64,000 nucleotides of DNA from Thermoanaerobaculia bacterium. Its GTDB lineage: Bacteria; Acidobacteriota; Thermoanaerobaculia; Multivoradales; Multivoraceae. Shown here in pieces: positions 20,531 to 31,211 of this stretch (position 1 is its first letter; each line of letters starts with the position of its first letter). Position numbers and translations under genes: made by a program. The notes under the pieces are model-generated. The model saw nothing but the letters and a program-made list of their open reading frames with translations, made no database searches and was not told where the DNA came from. Where the stretch lies: NCBI GenBank assembly GCA_963664405.1, contig OY761158.1, forward strand, positions 4,804,556-4,868,555, given 5' to 3'.

Positions 20531-22849
20531 GTGATCGGACCGCCATCGATTATCGTGCTCACTCTCACATGGGTGGGGGAATTTGCCGATCCGAAAGCGG
20601 CTCAACGCTTGACCGCGAGTCTCGAGCAGGCGCGGGCCGAAGAGTCGAGTGCGATAGCTGAGCTCGCTGCAGCTAAAGCTTGGTCCTTCTGTTTCGAGCG
20701 AATGACGGACCACGAACGCCAACACCTCGTCGCTTGGTCAAAGGCGGTAAGGAATCTCGGAAAAGGCACGGGGAAGTACGCCCCACAGCATCGGCGGAAT
20801 GCGCGCGAACACATGAATGAGTGCCGGTCCGCCATTCCCGCTTGGGTCATGCCTCTCTATCGTATTGTCGAGACAGTGAAGCCCGGCTCGGATCTGTTCG
20901 ACGTGGCTATCATCGATGAGGCCAGCCAGTCGGGGCCCGAAGCGCTGATCCTGCCTTATCTCGCTAAGCAGCTAGTGGTAGTCGGCGATGACAAACAGAT
21001 CAGCCCCTCCTACGTCGGCCTGAATCGTGCGGGAGTTGCTCAACTGCGGCGGACCTACCTTCAGGACCTGCCACACCCCGACGCGTTTGGCGTTGACCAT
21101 AGTTTCTTTGATCTTGCCGAGATTCAGTACGAGGGTCGAATTCGATTGCATGAGCACTTCCGCTGTATGCCAGAGATCATTCAGTTCTCCAACAATCTCT
21201 GCTATGCAGCGGAGCCGCTCACTCCTCTCCGCCAGTTCGCTGCCGGTCGCTTGACTCCGGTTGTGGAAGCGGTGCGAGTGGGTGGCGGCTACATAAAGGG
21301 CACTGGGAGCAAACAGATCAACCAGCCCGAGGCCGAGGCACTGGTGGCGAAGATTGAAGAACTCCACGCTGATGAGAGGTATGAGGGGAAGACGTTTGGG
21401 GTCCTCTCCCTCTTAGGTCACGGCCAGCATGGCCTGATCGAGAGGATGCTCCTTGAGCGTCTTGGAACGAAGGCAATCCGCGATCGACAGCTCGTCTGCG
21501 GTCAGCCCTCCGCATTCCAGGGCGATGAGCGCGACGTCATGTTCCTTAGCCTGGTCTCGGCCGCAGTCGAAGGACAGCGCATCAAGACCCTGAGCGGCGA
21601 AAGCGACAAGCAGCGCTTCAACGTAGCGGCGAGTCGGGCGAGGGACCAAATGTTCCTGTTCCACAGCGCCGGCATCGATGACCTAGGGCGAAACTGTCTC
21701 AGGCGGGCTCTTTTGAGCTACTGCTTGAACCCGCGCGTTGAGATGAGTGGGGATTCAGGTGTCGATGTAGAGCGCCTTCGCCATCAGGCCAGAACCGTCG
21801 CCCGGACGATCAATCCCAGCAATGCCCCCAACCCCTTCGGTAGCTGGTTCGAGGTCGATGTCTTCTTGAAGATCGTCGGCGCCGGTTTCCGTGTACTCCC
21901 TCAGTACGAGGTCAATGGGTACTTTATCGATCTCGTCGTCGAGGGCCTACAGGGGCGGCTGGCCGTTGAGTGTGACGGGGACCACTGGCACGGCCCCAAA
22001 CAGTGGGATGCTGATACGGCGCGGCAGCGAGACTTGGAGCGCTGTGGTTGGCGATTCAAACGTCTTGGCGAGTCTGTCTTTCGGTTAGATGAAGACAGCG
22101 CGCTTGAAGGGCTTTGGGCCGAGTTGAAGATGCTGGGGATACGCACCATGGCCCAGGAGATCGATATCCCGGAAGGCGGGGAAGAAAGCGAGCCTGCAGA
22201 GTCTCTTCATACCCCCGCTGAGACTCGCTCGCCCCCCAGCCGAGTTGGTCCTGTCGAGACAAGGCTGCCGGCTGGATCTCGTGCTGACGCGCCGGCTGCT
22301 CATCTTCGCGGGCTGAGCGACGGTGAAAGTCTCTCGCCCGCAGAAGAAGACGCTCGAAGCTCTCCGAGATCTCCCCTTCTTCCAGATCCTACCGAAACCG
22401 CACCCTCAGGGTTGGTCGATGGCTTGCTGGCATTGATTGAAGAGGAGGGGCCGATCGAGGAGACAGCCCTCTTCCAGCGCTTCGTGAAGGCAGCAGGCAG
22501 GCATCGGGTGAGAGCGGCCCGACAACCTCTGGAGAACGCCGTCGAAATTGCGCTGCTGCGTGGGTTGATCGAAGTGTCGGCCGAGCGGTCGGAAAGGAAT
22601 TCAGAGGAGAGAGTTCTGAGGAAGAGTGGCACGCCATTGGTACGAGTTCGCCTGCTGGGCAGCCGCCGCCTCCTTGAAGTTCCCCCTTCCGAGTTGAGGG
22701 CTGTGATGCAGGATCTCCATGAGAAGCAGCCGTGGCTTGCCGGGGAGAACCTCTATCGAGCGCTGCTCACGTTCTACGGCGCAAAGAAGCTCACGACGGG
22801 GATCAGAGAGAGATTGAGTTTCGTTGAGTCGGGCCTCAGTGAGCTTTGA
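20531..22849 (+). pseudogene. C-terminal 772 aa of the same giant helicase (AAA_11 Walker B/AAA_12, DUF559-like endonuclease domain, DUF3320)
   Basis: DVAIIDEASQ...VVVGDDKQISP, HFRCMPEIIQFSNNLCY, LSLVSAAVEGQ. Then YFIDLVVEGLQGRLAVECDGDHWHGPKQWDADTARQRDLERCGWRF (Vsr/DUF559-like), and a C-terminal DUF3320-like region. Confidence 0.65.
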
Positions 22850-23044
22850 GGGGTGTTCCCCCGGGCACTGTCAAGTGGAGGCGCTGACTGGCAGACTACG
22901 CAGATGAATGCCAAACCACCGAGCTACGATGGATACCGGTTTCCGACCGAGATCATCAGCCACGCCGTCTGGCTCTACTATCGCTTCTGGTGCGCCGTGA
23001 AAAGCCTGCGATTCTCAGTGGGTGCAATTCCCATGCGTATTCCG

Positions 23045-23160
23045 GTCCATCGTGATCACTGATTCCGCTCGAAGCTGATCATCGATTCCGGTGAAGGTGA
23101 TCACGGATTCCGATCATGGTGATCACCGATTCCGGTGATGGTGATCACTCGTCGGTAGCG
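23045..23160 (+). repeat. 4-5 tandem ~22-bp direct repeats (GTGATCACNGATTCCG...). Typical multiple terminal repeats of an IS21-family left end.
   Basis: Sequence tgatcactgattccg / tgatcatcgattccg / gtgatcacggattccg / gtgatcaccgattccg / gtgatcactcg lies directly upstream of istA. Confidence 0.45.
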
Positions 23161-23205
23161 AGATCGAGCATCCTATGTCCTTCGCTTGAGAAGGAGGACA
23201 GAAGG

Positions 23206-24430
23206 ATGGCGGCAAGGAAGCTATCGATGAGGAAGATCCGCGAGATTCTGCGACTGAAGTACGAGGTGGGGCTTTCGCACCGGGCGATAGCTCGGTCGCT
23301 GACGATTGGTGTGGGGACGGTGTCGGCGTACGCCAAGCGTGCCCGGCTTGCTGGTTTGAGCTGGCCGTTGGACGAGGAGCTGGACGATGCGGCTTTGGAG
23401 GTGCGTTTCTTCGGTGCTCGCCAGCCGCCCTTGGGTCCGAGACCGCAGCCGGCGGTGGCGCAGATCCACGAGGAGCTCAGGCGCCCGGGGGTCACGCTGC
23501 ACCTGCTGTGGATGGAGTATCTTGAGACACACCCGGACGGCTACCGCTACAGCCAGTTTTGTGAGATCTATCGGCGGTGGGTAAAGAAACTGCATCCGAC
23601 GATGCGCCAGCGCCACAAGGCTGGCGAGAAGGTGTTTGTCGACTACTCGGGCAAGAGACCCCACATCGTCGACCCCGTCACCGGAGAGTGGATCGCTGTC
23701 GAGCTCTTCGTGGGCTGTCTGGGCGCATCCAGCTACGTCTATGCCGAAGCCACCCGCAGCCAGGGGCTCGACTCCTGGATGGCGTCGCACACGCGGATGC
23801 TGGCCTACTTTGGCGGCTCGGCCGAGATCTGGGTCCCTGACAATCTAAAGAGCGGCATAACGACGCCCTGCCGCTACGAGGCGGGGGGTGAACCGGACCT
23901 ATCAGGATTTTGCCGATCACTACGGAGCCGTAGTCATCCCGGCCCGGGTCAGGCGCCCTCGTGACAAGTCGAAAGTCGAGGCCTCCGTGCTGGTGGCCCA
24001 GCGCTGGATTCTGGCCGCCTTGCGCGATCACACATTCTTCAGCCTCTCGGCGCTGAATGAAGCCATCCGCGAGAAGCTGGAGGTGCTCAACCACCGGCCG
24101 ATGAAACACCTGGGTGCCTCTCGCCGAGAGCTCTTCGAGCGGCTGGATCGACCGGCGCTCAAGCCTCTGCCGGTGGAGTCCTACCAGAAGGCCTATTGGA
24201 AGCCGTGCCGGGTCTCGATCGACTACCACGTCGAGGTCGCCCGTAACTACTACAGCGTGCCCTACCAGCTCGTCTCCGAAGAAGTCGAAGCGCGCTTCAC
24301 GGCGACGATCGTCGAGGTCTACTTCAAATCCAAGAGGGTGGCCTCGCACCCACGGCTCCGCGGCCGCAAACACGCCGCCGGGACCACGCACCCGGACCGC
24401 CGTTCCGGCGGGATGATGCCGACCTCCTGA
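23206..24430 (+). pseudogene. istA: IS21-family transposase IstA, frameshifted near 23880. No istB follows.
   Basis: N-terminal HTH MAARKLSMRKIREILRLKYEVGLSHRAIARSL. Catalytic region FVDYSGKRP. The ORF continues in another frame: NRTYQDFADHYGAVVIPARVRRPRDKSKVE. Confidence 0.65.
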
Positions 24431-24924
24431 AGAAGGGCTAGCTCTCCCGCGGTCGCGAAGCCCTCAGCTCACTCCATCCCGGAAACTGCGCTCGCAGCCA
24501 ACGGGATGCGCTTTCTCGCAGCCATCAACAAGGGCCAAGGGGCAGAGCCGGTGGTGCTGGTGACCGACAAGCCAAGGAGCGATGGCGCGGCGCACCGAAC
24601 GACCATGCCTTCGGTTCGGCACGACACGACGCATTACGCGAACAACCGAGCCGAGGTCTCGCACCAGTGCACTCGACAGCGAGAGCGGCAGATGCGTAGA
24701 TTCAAGTCACCAGGCCAAGCACAACGCTTCCTCTCAGCCCGCGGAGCGATCCAGAACCTCTTCCGGGTTGGCCGGCACCTCGTGAGCTCTGCCAACCACC
24801 GCACGTTGCGCGATCGTTCCTTCGTTGTCTGGCGGCAGGTGACGTGTGTCTGCTGAATCCGAGACGAGCAGTCCTCAAAAGGCCCCATCTCGCTCCTGCC
24901 GGAACAAGTTGACAACACCTTCTG

Positions 24925-25085
24925 GACGATTCTCCGGCGCCGATGGAGTCATTGGGCGCACGCGCTCGTGATCGTGCAGCCCGAGACCGTCGTCCGCTGG
25001 CACCGGCAGGGATTCAGGTTGTACTGGCGGTGGAAGAGCCGAAATGGGAGTGGTGGACAACCGAGCCAGTCCGAGGCGCTATGGT
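24925..25085 (+). pseudogene. Short fragment of an IS481/IS3-like transposase N-terminal region
   Basis: Frame reads ...WAHALVIVQPETVVRWHRQGFRLYWRWKSRNGSGGQP, resembling the VxPxTxLRWHRxLVRRxW motif of IS481-type integrases. Interrupted by a stop. Confidence 0.3.
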
Positions 25086-25415
25086 GATTGGGTGGCGATT
25101 CGCTGGTATCGTAGCGATCTACTTGTGAATTGCGGTTGCCGATACTTGAGAGTGGTTCTGGCTGGCACTTTTCTGACAGTTGCGTAATCTGCCCCAGCGG
25201 ATGGCAATGCGTCTCAAAGAGGATCTCACCAGCGAGTGTCGACGATGAAGAGACCGAGGTGGGGGATGGAGCGAGCCGTCTACCGGGCATGGCGAGCGGT
25301 TGAACTGGCGTTACGTGACCGAAGTGGCTCGGCACAACGGGAGAGGAGTCGCAGATGGGGACTGCCACCGGAACTTTGGGATAGGGTTTCTCGCCCCTCG
25401 CGAGAGACGCAATGA

Positions 25416-28400
25416 TTGAGCAGCTGTGAGACACCACCGATGACGGACAACTCGCAGCATGGGCCTTCAGGGTTCGCAGGACTGTTCCTTGCCAAACTTC
25501 CCATCGATGGGTCGGCCCTTGGAAATTCGACCCTCCGGAAAGAGCTGCGCTGGCCTGAGTCACGCTATTGGGAAATCCGCGATGACCTGCTTCGCCAAGG
25601 CCTAATCCAGAGAGGCCGCGGCCGCGGTGGAAGCGTGAGACTCTCGAGCGCCAGACCACCGAATCTCAGTGAAGTCACCACGATCAAACAACCCGGGTTA
25701 TCCATCGTGGGCGCTCTTTCGACCTACCCGGACGCCGCCTTGGATCGCCTGGCGCGGGACAAGGTCGACGAAGTCTCAAATCTTCGTTTCCCGCGGGAGG
25801 TGTTGATTCGTGAGATCGCCACGGCACTTTCCTCGCTGAGCTACGTAGCGAAGGTCTTGGCACCATCTCGACCGCCGACGTATGCCTGCCTGAAGCTATT
25901 GATGGACGCATCTGAACTACAACTTCCGGTGAACGGTTTTAGGCGCCTTGTCCTCGCCGAGACGGATGCGCTGACCAAGCGGGCCGACGACGAAAAGGCG
26001 CTACCGGCCAACAAGAGCTACCAACTCTATCGGCGAATGCTCTTCGCGGCCTGGGAGGACGATGGTCGGGTTGATCGAAGCGAAGCTTTGCTCCTCGCAG
26101 CTCTTAGAACAGAACTCGGCATCTGGACTCGTGAGCACCTATTGCTAGAGCATCATTCCGACGTGAGGCCGATCTGGGACTCTCCAACTTGTTACGAAGA
26201 AGCTCTGAAACTTCTTCTGTCCACCGGTCTAATAGTCATCCACGAAGACTTCTACGCGTTGCCCCAGGAGGTTGGCTCCCAGATCAGGAGAGTTTGGGGC
26301 ATCGATCTCGAGGACTCTGCCTATGAAGCGCTATTGCTTAACCTGAGAGGCCGACACCTGCGTCGCGCACTTGAAGCAGCGAAACTCCCATTGTCAGGTT
26401 CAAAGGAGGAACGAGCAGAACGACTGATTCAATCTCTCGTTCCACCCGCGGAAGTGCTTGAGACACTCCACATCCTTGAGCTCAAGCAGCTTTGTCGAGA
26501 CCTTTCATTACCATCGAGCGGCCTCAAGAAGGATCTGATCAGCAGCGTCATTGACTATTTCGACACCGGATTGCATCTGGCGCAAATCACGGGAGTTCCC
26601 GATCCTCGCCCCGTGCTTCCGGCCGAGCCCGAGCCGAGGGTACTCAACCACTCACAGCTGACGTTGCTGCTTGAGCAGCTGAGAGGCGATCTTCTCTACG
26701 ATCTCCTAGCAGCTCATCGACTTCGCAGAAGTGGGCCGAAGGCGGAGCGAATCGAGCGCCTTGTGAGATGCCCCCTGTCGGAGCGAACGCTTCTGTCGGA
26801 TTTGAGGCGTACTGACCTGACTGAGCTTTGCAAAAAACTCCGCATCGCGATCTCTGGCGTCAAGGAGGAGATCGTGGATAGGCTAATCAACTGGGCGTCG
26901 TTCATGTCACAGCAGCCGGTGGTCGCTCTGGCCGAGCGCGGCGGCGAGACCGAGGCCGCTACACCAGCCGGTCCCCCAGCGAATCACGTTGCACCACCAA
27001 GCGAGAGCGGACATAGGGTTATGGAGCGATCGCAGGAAGAGAGAGCAGCCGCCCCCGCCGGGCTCAGTGAAATCAGAGAACGCTTTGGCGAGCTGGAGGA
27101 TGATCAGCAAGTGATCCTCGCTTTGCTGAGAGAGGCGAAGTCTCTAACCGAGCTGGAGATCGAGCGGGCGGCCCATAACCACGGTCTGAGCTGGTTCTTG
27201 ACCAAGGCCCACATGGCCGATCTACTGGCCCAGCTCCGACAACAAGGCAAGAACGTTCTCCGTGTGAGAGGTACTGGCAGCGCGAATGTCTACGAGTGGT
27301 CAAGGGCCGCAGACGACCATGAGAATGGCCTCGAGCGGTCTGCTGCACGCGACGTGATCGATGCATTGAGGCAAGGAGTTGTTCCGCAGCGTCACCTAGA
27401 TCTCTTAGCCGTAGGCCAAGATGAAGCACGCAGCCATTTGACCGAGCTGTTCGAACACGTCGAAAAGGGGCGCTCAGAGTTCAAGTTCGTACGTGGAGCG
27501 TACGGCGCAGGGAAGACCTTTCTTTGTTCTTGGTTATGCGAACGAGCTTTCGAACACGACTTCGCGATCTCAGCCGTCCGCATCGGTCCCGACCAACCAC
27601 TATCGGATCTTCCTGTCTTTTTCTCATGCCTGATTGATGGTCTACGTACACCAGAGAAGCGTGACGGCTCCGCGTTGGCAGACATTCTGGAGTCGTGGCT
27701 ACTCGCCGTCCATCAACGGACGGCCAGGCTCGATGCACCCGCGGCCACGGGGCTCGAAGGCGAGCGGGATCTCAGATCGCTCGTCGAGGTTCGAATCGGG
27801 GAGAAGCTGGCTCAACTCGCAGACATCGACCCGGGCATAGCGCCCGCACTCCGCGCCTTCTATAAAGCACGAGTTGAGGGTAACCATGACACGGCAGCGA
27901 ACGCGCTCACGTGGTTCAGAGGCAGTCGTCTTCTCGCAGCGAGCGCCCTTCGGTCGATTGGCGTTCGCGGGCAGCTAACCGCCGACGAAGTATTCCCAAG
28001 AATGCGAGCGCTTCTCCAGGTGATTGCCGAAGGGCGACTCCGTGGCCTGGTCTTGGTTGTGGATGAGATCGAACTGGTCCGACGGTTTCCTCATGCGAGA
28101 CAGCGTGAGCAGGCCTACGAGACGCTTCGCCTGTTGATCGACGAGTGTGGCACGAACAATCTTCCCGGTTGCCTCTTGATCTGCACTGGTACAGATCAAC
28201 TTTTCGAGGACGAGCGATATGGAATCAAGAGCTATCAAGCTCTGGCAGATCGCGTTGAAAATCCCCGCGGCACTGAAGGTCCAGCTAGTGTTAGGCAACC
28301 GATCTTGCTGCTCGATCCGCTGGATTCGGAGCGACTACTTGAGGTTGCAGAACGAGTGCGAGACATACACGGCAGCGCATACGACTGGCCAGCAGAGGAG

Positions 28401-28616
28401 AGAGTGCCGACCGCTGTTCTAGAGCGAGTGGCTCGGGAATGGACCGCGTTTGGAGCCGAGGAAGTGGGTCGATTGCCACGCGAGTTCCTGCGCAATGTTG
28501 TTAACCTTCTCGACCTCTGCGAGGAGCGACAGGATGTACCTGCGGAGAGCTTCCTTCTAGAGCCTTCGACGCTGCGAGACTCTGCGTCATCGGTTCTGGC
28601 GCTTCTGCAGAAGTAA
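25416..28616 (+). CDS. Multidomain P-loop ATPase: N-terminal winged helix, TerB-like segment (tentative), three SAP motifs, C-terminal DUF2791 (BrxD-like RecA/KaiC-type) ATPase
   Basis: Walker A FKFVRGAYGAGKTFL and Walker B GLVLVVDEIE in the C-terminal ~450 aa. SAP-like LKQLCRDLSLPSSGLKKDLISSVIDYF and LTELCKKLRIAISGVKEEIVDRLINW. TerB-like AAWEDDGRVDRSEALLLAALRTELGI. Confidence 0.55.
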   Translation: MSSCETPPMTDNSQHGPSGFAGLFLAKLPIDGSALGNSTLRKELRWPESRYWEIRDDLLRQGLIQRGRGRGGSVRLSSARPPNLSEVTTIKQPGLSIVGALSTYPDAALDRLARDKVDEVSNLRFPREVLIREIATALSSLSYVAKVLAPSRPPTYACLKLLMDASELQLPVNGFRRLVLAETDALTKRADDEKALPANKSYQLYRRMLFAAWEDDGRVDRSEALLLAALRTELGIWTREHLLLEHHSDVRPIWDSPTCYEEALKLLLSTGLIVIHEDFYALPQEVGSQIRRVWGIDLEDSAYEALLLNLRGRHLRRALEAAKLPLSGSKEERAERLIQSLVPPAEVLETLHILELKQLCRDLSLPSSGLKKDLISSVIDYFDTGLHLAQITGVPDPRPVLPAEPEPRVLNHSQLTLLLEQLRGDLLYDLLAAHRLRRSGPKAERIERLVRCPLSERTLLSDLRRTDLTELCKKLRIAISGVKEEIVDRLINWASFMSQQPVVALAERGGETEAATPAGPPANHVAPPSESGHRVMERSQEERAAAPAGLSEIRERFGELEDDQQVILALLREAKSLTELEIERAAHNHGLSWFLTKAHMADLLAQLRQQGKNVLRVRGTGSANVYEWSRAADDHENGLERSAARDVIDALRQGVVPQRHLDLLAVGQDEARSHLTELFEHVEKGRSEFKFVRGAYGAGKTFLCSWLCERAFEHDFAISAVRIGPDQPLSDLPVFFSCLIDGLRTPEKRDGSALADILESWLLAVHQRTARLDAPAATGLEGERDLRSLVEVRIGEKLAQLADIDPGIAPALRAFYKARVEGNHDTAANALTWFRGSRLLAASALRSIGVRGQLTADEVFPRMRALLQVIAEGRLRGLVLVVDEIELVRRFPHARQREQAYETLRLLIDECGTNNLPGCLLICTGTDQLFEDERYGIKSYQALADRVENPRGTEGPASVRQPILLLDPLDSERLLEVAERVRDIHGSAYDWPAEERVPTAVLERVAREWTAFGAEEVGRLPREFLRNVVNLLDLCEERQDVPAESFLLEPSTLRDSASSVLALLQK

Positions 28617-28708
28617 ACCGCTGCCTTCCCCAGAACGGTTTGGGCAGATGCTCACGCTTGGCGCTCTCTGGTCGACCATTTAGCCAAGTCATGACCGACG
28701 GGCTCGGT

Positions 28709-30940
28709 TCACTCACGAGCGGATTGGCCAAGGAGATGGAGCAATCCAGAGCAGTCCAGTGTCTGCTCGACAAGGGCGGAAGCCCAGAGTCCCCTAGGCA
28801 AACACTTTGCGAAGGCTGAAAAGAGCGACAGCGGTTGAGATTCCTCCAACATTGCCATCAGAGCCGCCTGTGCCTCCCTGACTGGCTGTTCGCGCAGACT
28901 ACCCAGAGCATGCTTGAGCTTGGTAAGCAGGACTCCTGCCCCCTGCGGACCGTTTTTCACGTTCACCTCCTTGTACGTGGCGTGAGCGTTGCCGAGACTC
29001 AAGGCAGTCAAGTATCGAGCGAGTGTTCGATTGATTCGATCTCCCCCGTAAGTCAGGATCGATGCGGAACCTGCGGAGGTCGCGTCGATGACGATCTCTC
29101 CCGGTCGCCATCGACGGTCCGATGCCTCTAGCTGGAGGGAACAGAGCGCTTTTCTGCCCTTCTCAGAGACAAAGGCAGGGACGTCTCCGCCATGGAGCAT
29201 CCGGCCTACCGCCTGGGCGGTTTCCAGCGGTACACCTGGACCCCCGAAACTGTGCCAAGCCGGTGCGGCTCCGTCACTCGAAGGTCGAGCCCGCACCACG
29301 TGCGCCTTGGCATCTACACCGTCGGCGCGCCACAGCTTTCCACCGAGGACGAAGTGGAAGGGCACCTCAAGAGCTTCAACGAATCCGGCGTCAAGAGTGC
29401 CAACAGCTTCCCTACCGTTGTGGACTTCATAGAGCGGAGCGCTGTCGAACACTGCAAAGAGCCGCCTCCAGTTAGCGGCCAAGAACTCGCTCTCTGCTCG
29501 ATCGCCAACCACGAGGTGCTCATCTATCGTACGAAGATACGATTCCCTCACCATATTCTCGACAAGAGCGTCGAATTCCTGGCGACTGATCCCAGAGAAG
29601 CAATACGCGGGGCCGAGAGTCTCCCACGCCAGCGAAGGTCTAACACCGAAGTGCTGTAGAGCCAGACACAGAAGTTGATGCGCCATAAGATGGAAGGCTC
29701 GCCGAGGCAACAGAAGTGCCTCTGTCTGGCCCTCTAGGCCGAGCTGAACAGCGGCGGTCAGCAGGGCGACCTCCCCGCTCGTGACACAGAATCCACGAAA
29801 GAAGTGCAGCCCTCCTTGTCGGCGACCGGTGCGGCCGATTCGCTGAAGAAAGGCCCCTGGGCTCGCCAGAACTCCCATCTGGATGACGCGATCGAGGGCG
29901 CCGATGTCAATGCCCAGCTCGAGCGTTGAAGTGCTTATGATGGCGTCGAGCCCTTTGACGGACCTTAGTTGGATCAGTTGTTCAGCTTCTTCGCGGAAGA
30001 ACCTACTGACCGACGAGTGGTGGGTTCGAATGTTGATCGGTCGCGCCGACGGCGCGAGATGGCGAGTCTTTACAAAGGCAGCGGCGAGATTCTCGGCTCT
30101 CTTCCGAGACGACACGAAAATGATCGATCGACTTCCTGGTAGAAGATCTCGAACTGCTAGAAACCGACGGAACTCGCCACGCTCCTGGCCAGGCGTCCTT
30201 TCATCGTCTGCATTCTTGTCAAAAAGACAGACTTCAACATCCCGCCTTTCCGATCCCTGAAGCCTCCCGCTGATTTGGACTCGCCTAGCGGGACGACGGT
30301 TAGCACCACTAATCCACGATGCCATGGCCTCAGGGTTTCCAATTGTTGCACTCAGCGCGATTCGCTGCGGCTTGTCGAGGCTCGGTGCGACTGCGCGCTC
30401 GACTCTCTGAAGAAGAGACAAGAGGTGCCCCCCTCGGTCTCCGGCGGCAAAGTTGTGGGCCTCATCTACGACAATGCTTTGGAGATGCACGAACAGTTGT
30501 TGCCAGTTCTCCCTGCGCAGAAGGATTGCTTCCAGAGATTCCGGGGTTGTCAGCAGCAAATCAGGTGGTTTCTGCAGAGCTGTCAGTTTCTCCCGAAAGG
30601 CGACATCGCCGTGCCACTTGAAGGCAGTGAGCCCGCAAGCAGAGGCATACAGTTCTCCGCGTCCCTCCAGGTTGTTCAGAAGGGCTCTGAGTGGTGCTAG
30701 GTATAGAATGCGGACGCTCTCTCCGGAGCCCTCAGTCGCCCTTGTCAGACATGGGAAGAGAACTGCCTCTGTCTTGCCACCCGCTGTAGGCGCTTCAACG
30801 AGACAGTCATTGCCATCAAGGATGATTGGGATCGCAGCTCGCTGGATCTCGGATAGCCCTCGCCAGGTAGTGGATTCCACCCACCGCTGAAGGCCCGGGT
30901 GCAGCGTCGCTAACACATCATTGGATGTAGGGGGGATCAC
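28709..30940 (-). CDS. Lhr-like DEAD/DEAH-box helicase (BrxHI-like), 743 aa, convergent with the DUF2791 ATPase
   Basis: LVEAPTAGGKTEA (motif I), IVVDEAHNF (II), helicase-C ISTSTLELGIDIGALDRVIQMG...QRIGRTGR, then a DEAD-associated C-terminal domain. Confidence 0.7.
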   Translation of the reverse strand: MIPPTSNDVLATLHPGLQRWVESTTWRGLSEIQRAAIPIILDGNDCLVEAPTAGGKTEAVLFPCLTRATEGSGESVRILYLAPLRALLNNLEGRGELYASACGLTAFKWHGDVAFREKLTALQKPPDLLLTTPESLEAILLRRENWQQLFVHLQSIVVDEAHNFAAGDRGGHLLSLLQRVERAVAPSLDKPQRIALSATIGNPEAMASWISGANRRPARRVQISGRLQGSERRDVEVCLFDKNADDERTPGQERGEFRRFLAVRDLLPGSRSIIFVSSRKRAENLAAAFVKTRHLAPSARPINIRTHHSSVSRFFREEAEQLIQLRSVKGLDAIISTSTLELGIDIGALDRVIQMGVLASPGAFLQRIGRTGRRQGGLHFFRGFCVTSGEVALLTAAVQLGLEGQTEALLLPRRAFHLMAHQLLCLALQHFGVRPSLAWETLGPAYCFSGISRQEFDALVENMVRESYLRTIDEHLVVGDRAESEFLAANWRRLFAVFDSAPLYEVHNGREAVGTLDAGFVEALEVPFHFVLGGKLWRADGVDAKAHVVRARPSSDGAAPAWHSFGGPGVPLETAQAVGRMLHGGDVPAFVSEKGRKALCSLQLEASDRRWRPGEIVIDATSAGSASILTYGGDRINRTLARYLTALSLGNAHATYKEVNVKNGPQGAGVLLTKLKHALGSLREQPVREAQAALMAMLEESQPLSLFSAFAKCLPRGLWASALVEQTLDCSGLLHLLGQSARE

Positions 30941-31211
30941 GTCGATCTCGCTTCCTGGTACGTCGCAAAGCGCCTCGCTAGGATGTCGCGACCGGGCCGA
31001 ACAGCGTGGCAGAAGGATCCGCTTGACGTGGGTCTCTTGTTGTCCAAGGCGGAGAATAGGTCCGGCGTGCTCATCTCGGACTACCCCGCGCAGGTGAGCA
31101 CGAGGAATTCAAGAGTATGGGGCATCACCCAAGGCTACGCCGTTTAGGCTCGCGATGGCCGATGGCTTCCGCGCCGATTCAGCTGCCTCGGCCGAGCTTT
31201 TGCGCCATACG

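Larger units (their letters stand above)
22868..24920 (+). mobile_element. IS6-family element (IR GGCACTGTCAAGTGG at 22868; IRR-like CAAGTTGACAACACC at 24905) whose interior is replaced or interrupted by a truncated IS21-family element
   Basis: IS6 transposase N-terminal codons at 22903-23062 (GYRFPTEIISHAVWLYYRF). IS6 transposase C-terminal 116 aa at 24506-24856 (NNRAEVSHQCTRQRERQMRRFKSPGQAQRFLSA). IS21 material lies in between. Confidence 0.5.

Noticed and set aside
23045-23160. Short tandem repeat array considered as a possible mini-CRISPR
   Set aside because: Units are ~22 bp with no spacers of unique sequence. The pattern matches IS21-family multiple terminal repeats directly upstream of istA.
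28617-28708. Possible bidirectional terminator hairpin (AAACCG-N14-CGGTTT) between the convergent DUF2791 and Lhr-like genes
   Set aside because: Stem only 6 bp and no U-tract. Too weak to call.
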